A stretch of 64,000 nt of DNA from Thermoanaerobaculia bacterium (GTDB lineage: Bacteria > Acidobacteriota > Thermoanaerobaculia > Multivoradales > JAHEKO01): positions 18,332-82,331 of the forward strand of contig JBHHWO010000001.1 in the NCBI GenBank assembly GCA_046756565.1, written 5' to 3'. The position numbers and the translations under genes were made by a program. Below, one piece after another: positions 37,216-44,138 of this stretch. The number at the start of each line of letters is the position of its first letter. Position 1 is the stretch's first letter. The notes under the pieces were generated by a model, which saw nothing but the letters and a program-made list of their open reading frames with translations, did not search any database and was not told the origin of the DNA.

Positions 37216-39203
37216 CAGAAGACACTCCCCAGGCGGTGGACCAGACCGCCCACCAGAAAGGCGAACGGAAAGATGAACGCGACCATCGACCAGGCCACCT
37301 TCTGGCCGTGCTCCTTGGCGATCATCAGGAAGTTCGCAAAGCACGGCATGAAGAGCGTGATCGTGATCATGGCGACAAAGATCTGGTGTGGCGTCAGTAG
37401 CGGCACCGGCGCGGTCACGGCGTCCAGAATGTAGACCGCTCCGAAGTCGCGGCGCATGAACCCGAGTAGAAACGCGTTGGCCATCTCGGGCGGCAGACCC
37501 AGCCATCCCGAGACCACCGGCTCACCCCACCGGGATAGCCGGTCGAGAACACCGGCGCGATCGAGAACGAACAACACCGCGGTGCCGATCACGAACAGGG
37601 GGATGACTTCCTTCAGGTACCAGTTGATCCGGCTTACCGTCTTGACCAGGATGTTCGACAGATGCGGCCGGCGCATGGGCGGAATCTCGAGCACGAACTC
37701 GCCGCTCTCGCCTCCGAAGAAGCGCGAGCTCAACCAGCCGACAAACAGCAGCACGCCGAGCATGATCGAGACCCAGGCGATCGCACCCGCCGGTGACAGA
37801 CTCGCCATCATCGCCAGAAGAACGCCGAGCTGAGCCGAGCACGGGATCGCCAGAGCCAGTAGGAGAGTCGTCACCATCCGCTCCTTGCGGGTCTCGAGAA
37901 TGCGAGTGGTCATCGTGGCCATGGTGTCGCAGCCGAGGCCCAGCACCATGGGCAGAACGGCCTTGCCGTTCAGACCCATGACCCGGAAGACGCGATTGAC
38001 CATGATCGCGAGCCGGGGCAGGTAGCCCGAGTCCTCGAGCAGGCTGAACAGGAGAAAAAAGGTGGCCACGATCGGCAGGATGATCGCGAAGGCATAGGAG
38101 AGCGCCATGGTAACCGCGCCGAACTCGCCGACCAGGAAGTCGTGCACGAACCGGAAGGCGCCCTGCGACCACGACAACTCCGCACCCGGAGTGAGCTCGT
38201 AGTCCGCCGTTACCACGCGGCGCTCGAGCTCGCCCAGCGGAATCTCGTGGACCGGCGTTACCGGGACGGCGAGTGCCAGCTCCACCGGCTCTACCGGGTG
38301 CGTGTGAGGAAACGGCAGCACCGCATCGGCCGCCCGAATCGCCCAGGGGCTCAACCGCTGCTCGAACAGGCCCACCTCGAGCAAATCGACCAGGGTTCCT
38401 GCGCCCAGGAGACCCACGAACCAGAACACGGTCACCAGAGCGGCCAGGAGAAAGAAGATACCCTTGACCGGGTGCATGGCCCAGAAGCCCAACCGTACCC
38501 CCAGCGAAGCCCGCGCGGGCTGAGCGATCGAGTAGGTCTCCGCCATGATCTCCCGGATCTCGGCCAGGAGCGCGCGGTTGTTCTCGTAGTCGTCGAATTC
38601 AGGGGCGGCTCCGGCTCTTTGGGGCAGCCGCTCGCGACACGGCACCGCTGCCGCCGACAGCGCATCGATCAGCTCGCCAGTGCCGAGTGAGCGCGTCGCC
38701 ACCGAGCGCACCACCGGAACGCCGAGACATTCGCTCAGTCGATCGATGTCGATCGATCCTCCCCGCGCCTCGAGCTCGTCGTACATGTTGAGGACGAGAA
38801 TCAGAGGTACGCTGAGCTCGGCGAGCTGAAGGGTCAACAGCAGCGCCCGCCGGAGATTCTTGGCGTCCGCCACCTGAACCACCGTCGGCGCCTCATCGGC
38901 GGCGAGGAGCTCCCTCGTGACCCGCGCTTCGTCGCTGCGTGGCGCCAGGTCGTTGACCCCGGGCGTGTCGATCACTCGCCAGGAGCCGCCATTGAGGCGC
39001 GCCCGCGTTTCGACCAGCTCGACCGTCGTTCCCGGGAAGTTGGATACCGTGACGTAGCGGTCGGTCAAGTTGCCGAAGAGAACGCTCTTGCCGACGTTGG
39101 GGTTGCCCACCAGAACCGCCGTGCGAGCCGGTCCCGCGCGACGAGCGGCGCCGGAGAACGGCATGAGGTTGTTCGCGGTCTGGCTCATCGGTTTTTCAGT
39201 CAC
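37215..39203 (-). CDS. feoB: Ferrous iron transporter FeoB (G-domain plus polytopic membrane domain)
   Basis: VLVGNPNVGKSVLFGNLT (G1), DTPG (G3), VLNMYD (G4), then a multi-TM permease region. 662 aa. Confidence 0.95.
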   Translation of the reverse strand: MTEKPMSQTANNLMPFSGAARRAGPARTAVLVGNPNVGKSVLFGNLTDRYVTVSNFPGTTVELVETRARLNGGSWRVIDTPGVNDLAPRSDEARVTRELLAADEAPTVVQVADAKNLRRALLLTLQLAELSVPLILVLNMYDELEARGGSIDIDRLSECLGVPVVRSVATRSLGTGELIDALSAAAVPCRERLPQRAGAAPEFDDYENNRALLAEIREIMAETYSIAQPARASLGVRLGFWAMHPVKGIFFLLAALVTVFWFVGLLGAGTLVDLLEVGLFEQRLSPWAIRAADAVLPFPHTHPVEPVELALAVPVTPVHEIPLGELERRVVTADYELTPGAELSWSQGAFRFVHDFLVGEFGAVTMALSYAFAIILPIVATFFLLFSLLEDSGYLPRLAIMVNRVFRVMGLNGKAVLPMVLGLGCDTMATMTTRILETRKERMVTTLLLALAIPCSAQLGVLLAMMASLSPAGAIAWVSIMLGVLLFVGWLSSRFFGGESGEFVLEIPPMRRPHLSNILVKTVSRINWYLKEVIPLFVIGTAVLFVLDRAGVLDRLSRWGEPVVSGWLGLPPEMANAFLLGFMRRDFGAVYILDAVTAPVPLLTPHQIFVAMITITLFMPCFANFLMIAKEHGQKVAWSMVAFIFPFAFLVGGLVHRLGSVF

Positions 39204-39415
39204 GAGTGCGGTGGGCTGCCGTCAGCGTACGTGGTGAAGCTCAACCGAGCGACACCCCTAGGGGTAGGAGCCGCCTGGCTCAGGGTGACCGGACTAGCTG
39301 CCGGGATGTCCGTACTCGGGGCGCTCCAGGTTCCGGATGCGATCCCAACCCCCCGGGTCAGAAAAACCGATATCCTCTGCCGCAGTATCCCTTTGCAACC
39401 GGCAAGGAGCAGGAC

Positions 39416-39706
39416 ATGCTGAATGAGCTGACGCACTCGGATTTCGAGGACCTGGAAGACAAGTCGTTCGAGATCGACTTCGGCGAGGCCGGCAGGCTCA
39501 CGGCGACACTCGAGAAGACCGCCCGCTTCGACCTGGAGCCGGAAGAGGGCAAACGCGAGCCCTTTTCGATCTTCCTGCGTTGTCCGGCGCCACCGGTTCA
39601 GCGGACCTACCCGGCGACGAACAGCAAGCTCGGGACGCTCGAGCTCTTTCTGGTGCCAATCGACGAAAACGAGGACGGAATCCTCTTCGAGGCGGTGTTC
39701 ACGTAG
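39416..39706 (+). CDS. Small conserved hypothetical protein (96 aa), reminiscent of the DUF6916 family
   Basis: ATG at 39416 preceded by AAGGAG with a 6-nt spacer. The protein is MLNELTHSDFEDLEDKSFEIDFGEAGRLTATLEKTARF...EPFSIFLRCPAPPVQRTYPATNSKLGTLELFLVPIDENEDGILFEAVFT. The family assignment is from memory only. Confidence 0.5.
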   Translation: MLNELTHSDFEDLEDKSFEIDFGEAGRLTATLEKTARFDLEPEEGKREPFSIFLRCPAPPVQRTYPATNSKLGTLELFLVPIDENEDGILFEAVFT

Positions 39707-39764
39707 GACGGTACGGTCTCCGCCTGCCGTCGAGCAAAGCGAAGCTGCCCCACGTCCGAAAGAC

Positions 39765-39804
39765 TTGACGCGCCCGTCGTCTTGACGTATCATGATATGT
39801 CAAG
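39765..39804 (+). promoter_or_regulatory. Sigma-70-like promoter (TTGACG-17 nt-TATCAT) overlapping a 24-bp near-perfect palindrome; probable autoregulatory operator of the RHH-Doc operon
   Basis: -35 TTGACG at 39765-39770, a 17-nt spacer, and -10 TATCAT at 39788-39793. The palindrome cttgacgtatcatgatatgtcaag (39781-39804) is 22/24 self-complementary and sits 12 nt before the antitoxin ATG. Confidence 0.5.
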
Positions 39805-39815
39805 ACAGGAGCGCT

Positions 39816-40028
39816 ATGGCTGCCATCAAGATCAGTTCAAAAGTAGAGGAAGAAGTCTGGGAAGAGCTCCGAAAGCTGGCTGACGAGTCCCATCAGAGCA
39901 TTTCGGGTCTCTTGACCGATGCAATCCGAGACTACGTGCGACGACGTCGTGTTCGCCCTGAGGTCCTGGAGCATCTAGAGTCGTCGATGACCGAGAACGA
40001 CGAACTGGGTCGCCTCCTTGCCCGCTGA
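39816..40028 (+). CDS. Ribbon-helix-helix (CopG/Phd-type) antitoxin
   Basis: ATG at 39816 with AGGAG 4 nt upstream. MAAIKISSKVEEEVWEELRKLADESHQSISGLLTDAIRDYV follows the RHH pattern (beta strand then two helices). Its 3' end overlaps the start of the Doc gene. Confidence 0.75.
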   Translation: MAAIKISSKVEEEVWEELRKLADESHQSISGLLTDAIRDYVRRRRVRPEVLEHLESSMTENDELGRLLAR

Positions 40029-40404
40029 CCCGGTCCAGTTCCTCACGGTCGATGAGGTGCTGACCATCCACGAGCGGTTGATCGAGCGGTTCGGGGGAGG
40101 CGCCGGAGTTCGCGACCTGGGCCTGCTCGAGAGCGCTCTCTACCGACCGCGAACCGGCTATTACCGAGACCTCGCTGAGATGGCAGCAGCCCTGTTCGAG
40201 TCGCTCCTCAACAACCATCCGTTCGTGGACGGGAACAAGAGGGTCGCGTTCTTTGCCACGGACGTGTTCTTGCGCCTCAACGGCTGGAAGCTCCAAGTCG
40301 AAGCGGAGTCGGCCAACGAGCGGCTGATCGGGCTCCTGGAGGCCCGTAACGCCAACTTCGACCATCTCCTCGCCTGGCTTCGAGAGCACCTGGTGAGTCT
40401 GTAG
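40018..40404 (+). CDS. doc: Doc (death-on-curing) Fic-fold toxin
   Basis: Fic/Doc motif HPFVDGNKRVAF (H.F.DGNKR). 128 aa, with a TTG start overlapping the antitoxin by 11 nt. Confidence 0.88.
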   Translation: MPADPVQFLTVDEVLTIHERLIERFGGGAGVRDLGLLESALYRPRTGYYRDLAEMAAALFESLLNNHPFVDGNKRVAFFATDVFLRLNGWKLQVEAESANERLIGLLEARNANFDHLLAWLREHLVSL

Positions 40405-40411
40405 CGGTCGT

Positions 40412-40882
40412 CTACGGCCGCCATTCCATCAGCCAGTAGACGCCCTGGTCCTCGATCTTCTCGAAGCCCAGGCGCTTATAGAGCCGCATCGCCGGGTTGT
40501 TCTGCTCGACGTGAATGCGCACGAGCTTGCCGGCTTGCCGAACTTCGTCGAGCACGCCACGCATGAGCCTTCCACCGATCCCTTTGCCGCGGAACTCGGG
40601 CAGGAGGGCGATGTCGATCAACCGGTGCTCATCCTCCCGGCGATCGATGTAGAGCCGGCCGATCGGCTCGCCGTTCACCTCGAGGATCGAGAACTCGGCG
40701 TCGGGGAAGATCTCTTGGTAGTACTTGTGCTGGGCTTCGAACTGGATCTTCAGGAAGGCGGCCTTCTCGGGCTCGGTCCACGGCACGACGGCCATCTCGT
40801 CGGCCCGCGTCGAGGCATAGATCCGGCGCAGAAGCGGTTCGTCCGTGTCTGTGATCGGACGCGATGTGATGGCCTCAGCCAT
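40412..40882 (-). CDS. GNAT family N-acetyltransferase
   Basis: Acetyl-CoA binding block LPEFRGKGIGGRLMRGVLDEV and RLYKRLGFEK. 156 aa. Confidence 0.9.
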   Translation of the reverse strand: MAEAITSRPITDTDEPLLRRIYASTRADEMAVVPWTEPEKAAFLKIQFEAQHKYYQEIFPDAEFSILEVNGEPIGRLYIDRREDEHRLIDIALLPEFRGKGIGGRLMRGVLDEVRQAGKLVRIHVEQNNPAMRLYKRLGFEKIEDQGVYWLMEWRP

Positions 40883-40892
40883 GAGTGCGTGG

Positions 40893-41429
40893 CTACTTTC
40901 TCTTTCGCACCGCTTGCTTGCCGACCGCCTTTGAAGACTTCGTTTTCCTCTTGGCCAGACTCTTCTTGGCCGCTCGCTTCTTCCTCGCCCGCTTCTTCGC
41001 CGGCGTCAGCTTGGCGGGCCGGACCACGGTGTGAAACTCGGCCTCTGCCGATTGGCCCCAGATCTCCCCTCGCAGAAGGCATCGAGACGGTCCCTCCAGG
41101 AGAGAGGCCGCGTCGATTCGGACCTTGCGAGTCTCATGACACTCCTGCCCGGGAGCCAGAGTGAGAGACCGGAACTTGAGGGGCTTATCGGGAGGCTTCT
41201 CGCCGCCCTTTCCACGGCCGCGTTCCCGGTCGATCTCGCGGCCGTCTTCGTCGAAAACGTGCCAGAAGTGCTCGTGGTCCCGAGATGGAGAGTGGAGCAC
41301 GAAGGTCTCGTCCGACGTGTTCAGCAGGGTGGTCCGGATCACCAGCCGGACGGTCTTCTGGCCCGGCTTGATCTCGACGACGTCGGGAGCGTCGATGCGC
41401 GCCTCGATCGCTTCTATGGGCATCACCAT
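40893..41429 (-). CDS. Hypothetical protein: a beta-sandwich-like domain (weakly BsuPI-like) with a ~45-aa Lys/Arg/Ala-rich histone-H1-like C-terminal tail
   Basis: Probable start MVMPIEAIE at 41429. The core is VRLVIRTTLLNTSDETFVLHSPSRDHEHFWHVFDEDGREI...LTLAPGQE. The tail is PAKLTPAKKRARKKRAAKKSLAKRKTKSSKAVGKQAVRKRK. It ends 10 nt before the GNAT start. Confidence 0.6.
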   Translation of the reverse strand: MVMPIEAIEARIDAPDVVEIKPGQKTVRLVIRTTLLNTSDETFVLHSPSRDHEHFWHVFDEDGREIDRERGRGKGGEKPPDKPLKFRSLTLAPGQECHETRKVRIDAASLLEGPSRCLLRGEIWGQSAEAEFHTVVRPAKLTPAKKRARKKRAAKKSLAKRKTKSSKAVGKQAVRKRK

Positions 41430-41624
41430 GATCCTTGAAACTCCTTTCTGTGGATCGAGGAACGCAGCAGAGCCGCCCTGGCTTCCGCGACCGCCCAATG
41501 GCCTAGCCCGTCGCTAGCGCCGGTTCCCAAGCGCTCTGTCCGGCTCTTGAGCCGCAGCCTAGCACCCTCGTCTCCGACTCGCTCCGTCTTCCGGTCGGTC
41601 TGCGTTGCACTCCCCAGCGGATCT

Positions 41625-41653
41625 TTGACAACTTCCTTCCGTTGACCTACGAT
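41625..41653 (+). promoter_or_regulatory. Sigma-70-like promoter of the tail-collar triplet
   Basis: TTGACA (41625-41630), a 17-nt spacer, and TACGAT (41648-41653), about 85 nt upstream of the first gene. Confidence 0.45.
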
Positions 41654-41738
41654 CCCAGGACCAATTCAGTCGGCAACCACAGGTTTCTGCCTTCACTCTC
41701 GGGGAATGGAGAAGGTTGAGCCAGACAAGGAGGTGCAC

Positions 41739-42266
41739 GTGTCAGAACCGTTTCTTGCCGAAGTCAGGATCGTCGGATTCAATTTCGCACCGCGTGGGTG
41801 GGCTTTCTGCGACGGGCAGATCCTGCCCATCAACCAGAACCAGTCGCTGTACTCGCTCTTGGGAACCACCTACGGCGGTGACGGGCGCACGTCATTTGCG
41901 CTTCCCGATCTGCGCGGCCGAACGCCGCTCCACGTCGGCTCCTCGAACGGCACGGGTCACCTCTTGGGAGGCAAGGGCGGCGAGGAAACGCATACGCTCT
42001 CGGCGGCGGAGATGGCCCAGCACACTCACACACTCAGGGCTTCCAATGCCAGCGCCACCCAGGTGTCAGCCGGTGGCAACGTTCTGGCCCGCGCATCGGC
42101 CACCGTCGGCACGATCTACGCCGCGACCGATGCCACCCTCAACACCAACATGGCCAGCACCGCGATCGCGAACGCCGGCGGCGGCCAGGGCCACGAGAAC
42201 ATGCAACCCTACATCGCAGTCAACTTCTGCATCGCGCTGCGGGGCCTGTTCCCTTCGCGGAACTAG
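41739..42266 (+). CDS. Phage tail collar domain protein (MdpB-like), paralog 1
   Basis: GTG at 41739 preceded by AAGGAGG with a 5-nt spacer gives VSEPFLAEVRIVGFNFAPRGWAFCDGQILPINQNQSLYSLLGTTYGGDGRTSFALPDLRGRTP. The C-terminus is GGGQGHENMQPYIAVNFCIALRGLFPSRN. The start was chosen by alignment with paralogs 2 and 3 (MSEPF...). Confidence 0.85.
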   Translation: MSEPFLAEVRIVGFNFAPRGWAFCDGQILPINQNQSLYSLLGTTYGGDGRTSFALPDLRGRTPLHVGSSNGTGHLLGGKGGEETHTLSAAEMAQHTHTLRASNASATQVSAGGNVLARASATVGTIYAATDATLNTNMASTAIANAGGGQGHENMQPYIAVNFCIALRGLFPSRN

Positions 42267-42279
42267 AGGAGGGAAGAGA

Positions 42280-42792
42280 ATGTCAGAACCATTTGTCGGA
42301 GAAATCCGTATGTTCGCTGGCAATTTCGCCCCGCGTGGCTGGGCCTTCTGTGACGGCCAACTGCTCGCCGTTTCGCAAAACGACGCCCTGTTCTCACTGC
42401 TCGGAACCATCTACGGCGGCGACGGCCGGACCACCTACGGCCTGCCCGACATGCGCGGGAGCATTCCGATCCACGCCGGGAGCGGCCCCGGCCTATCGCC
42501 GCGCAAGCTGGGGGCCAAGGGGGGCGCCGAGAAGGTCACCGTGACGACCAACCAGCTTCCCTCGCACAGCCACGACTTCAAGGCATCGACCACCAACGGC
42601 GTCAACGACTCACCGGAAGGAACGGTCTTCGGATCCGGTATCGCGGACGTTTTCCACGCCACGCCCTCGACGGACATGCGAGCAGCCATGGTCCAGGCCA
42701 CGGGTGGCAGCCGGAGTCACACCAACCTCATGCCTTTCCTGTGCATCCATTTCATCATCGCCCTCTTCGGCATCTACCCGTCGCAGCACTAG
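42280..42792 (+). CDS. Phage tail collar domain protein (MdpB-like), paralog 2
   Basis: ATG at 42280 after GAGGAGGG. MSEPFVGEIRMFAGNFAPRGWAFCDGQLLAVSQNDALFSLLGTIYGGDGRTTYGLPDMRGS ... GGSRSHTNLMPFLCIHFIIALFGIYPSQH. The listed ORF 41716..42792 is this gene plus an open upstream frame. Confidence 0.88.
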   Translation: MSEPFVGEIRMFAGNFAPRGWAFCDGQLLAVSQNDALFSLLGTIYGGDGRTTYGLPDMRGSIPIHAGSGPGLSPRKLGAKGGAEKVTVTTNQLPSHSHDFKASTTNGVNDSPEGTVFGSGIADVFHATPSTDMRAAMVQATGGSRSHTNLMPFLCIHFIIALFGIYPSQH

Positions 42793-42804
42793 AGGAAACA
42801 CGGA

Positions 42805-43329
42805 ATGTCAGAACCTTTTACAGCGGAAATCCGCATTTTCGCCGGTAACTTCGCGCCCCGCGGCTGGGCGTTCTGCAACGGCCAACTGCTCCCGGTTTCC
42901 CAGAACACGGCCCTCTTCTCTCTGATCGGCACCATCTATGGCGGCGATGGCAGAACCACAACAGCCCTACCCAACCTCAAAGGACGTGCGCCGATGCACC
43001 CCGGCAGAGGTCCGGGACTCACGAGTCGGCGGCTCGGCCAGAGGGGTGGCGTCGAGAGCGTCACGCTCACCGAAGCTCAGATTCCGAACCACACGCATAC
43101 GCCACGTGGGTCGGATACCGCGGCCAACTCCAACAGCCCGACCAACACGGCGACGTCGCGTCCCTCCGGTCGAGGAGCGGGTTGGTACATCAACAACGAT
43201 GGCAACGTCAACATGCGTAGCGGCGCCCTCGCTAACACTGGCGGGGGCCAGGCCCACAACAACATGCAGCCATTCCTGGCGATGAACTTCATCATCGCTC
43301 TGGTCGGCCTGTATCCCAGCCGGAGCTAG
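42805..43329 (+). CDS. Phage tail collar domain protein (MdpB-like), paralog 3
   Basis: MSEPFTAEIRIFAGNFAPRGWAFCNGQLLPVSQNTALFSLIGTIYGGDGRTTTALPNLKGRAP ... GGGQAHNNMQPFLAMNFIIALVGLYPSRS. Confidence 0.88.
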   Translation: MSEPFTAEIRIFAGNFAPRGWAFCNGQLLPVSQNTALFSLIGTIYGGDGRTTTALPNLKGRAPMHPGRGPGLTSRRLGQRGGVESVTLTEAQIPNHTHTPRGSDTAANSNSPTNTATSRPSGRGAGWYINNDGNVNMRSGALANTGGGQAHNNMQPFLAMNFIIALVGLYPSRS

Positions 43330-43353
43330 GCCGAGTCTCAACAACGCGGTTCC

Positions 43354-43396
43354 CACGGCGGCTTCCCCGCGACCGGGGAAGCCGCCGTGACTTTCT
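43354..43396 (+). terminator. Terminator hairpin after the tail-collar triplet
   Basis: cacggcggcttccccg-cgac-cggggaagccgccgtg, a 16-bp perfect stem followed by actttct. It begins 24 nt after the stop at 43329. Confidence 0.6.
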
Positions 43397-43418
43397 AAAG
43401 GAACACCGTCACGCCATC

Positions 43419-44033
43419 ATGCCCGACGACCATCTGACATACCTGAAATCCGACGTGCCAGCGGGCACGTCGGGAGAATGGACGATCGAGACCTTCGAGG
43501 TCAGGAAGCAACCCGGCGTCGACCGGCGACCCGAGTGCTTCCGGTCGCCGCCCGGCCGATACACGCGTCTCCGCCAGGGCGGCACGGTGTTCATGACGGA
43601 CCTCTACGACGAGTGGTACACGCAGCTCGATGGGATCAGAGAGGCGCGCCGACGAGGGGGTGAGATCCTGGTGACCGGCCTCGGCCTGGGCGTCGTCGCC
43701 GAATCGATCCTCGCCGGTCACGACTCGAAGGTCGAGCTCGTCACGGTCGTCGAGTACTCAGCGGACGTGATCCGGCTGGTCGCTCCGCATCTTCGCGAGA
43801 AGCTCGGACCCAGGCTCGAAATCGTCCAAGCCGGCGCCTATGAATGGCTGCCGCCCGCAGGCTCCCACTACACGGTCGGCTGGCACGATATCTGGGACAA
43901 CCCGCTCGATCCGGATTGCCTCGCAGAAATGGACGCGTTGGAATCACGATACAGCCCCTTCTGCGACTGGCAGAGCTCCTGGCCGCGCAGCTTCCAACGG
44001 GAAGCCGGCCACACGCCGGCACCGCCCGGGTAG
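43419..44033 (+). CDS. Hypothetical protein with a class I SAM-methyltransferase / spermidine-synthase-like fold
   Basis: Motif I-like ILVTGLGLGVVAE, acidic beta-2 end VELVTVVEYSADVI, and later HYTVGWHDIWD. The assignment is weak. Confidence 0.45.
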   Translation: MPDDHLTYLKSDVPAGTSGEWTIETFEVRKQPGVDRRPECFRSPPGRYTRLRQGGTVFMTDLYDEWYTQLDGIREARRRGGEILVTGLGLGVVAESILAGHDSKVELVTVVEYSADVIRLVAPHLREKLGPRLEIVQAGAYEWLPPAGSHYTVGWHDIWDNPLDPDCLAEMDALESRYSPFCDWQSSWPRSFQREAGHTPAPPG

Positions 44034-44138
44034 GAGCCTACCGGCCCCTCACTGTAGGCCGACGATCCACGTCTCGCCCAACGAGTTCCGAGCGGAGATG
44101 TCCGTCTCCCAACCCGAGGGGTGGGAGAAGGAGAATGA

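Noticed and set aside
39204-39415. A Fur box upstream of feoB, and sigma-54 (-24/-12) promoters near the NtrC-type regulator and the DASS transporter.
   Set aside because: I could not find a convincing GATAATGATAATCATTATC-like 19-mer or a TGGCAC-N5-TTGC element by eye. A matrix scan would be needed.
41716-42279. A 358-aa ORF (41716..42792) suggesting a long fused tail-collar protein.
   Set aside because: Its upstream 188 codons are an alternative frame of paralog 1 and are Arg/Pro-rich. The paralog alignment (MSEPF...) and an SD place the start at 42280.
41625-44033. A prophage or tailocin remnant, suggested by the tail-collar genes.
   Set aside because: No other phage structural, replication, lysis or integration gene, and no att-like repeat, is visible anywhere in the window. 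The genes are therefore treated as an orphan operon rather than a mobile element.
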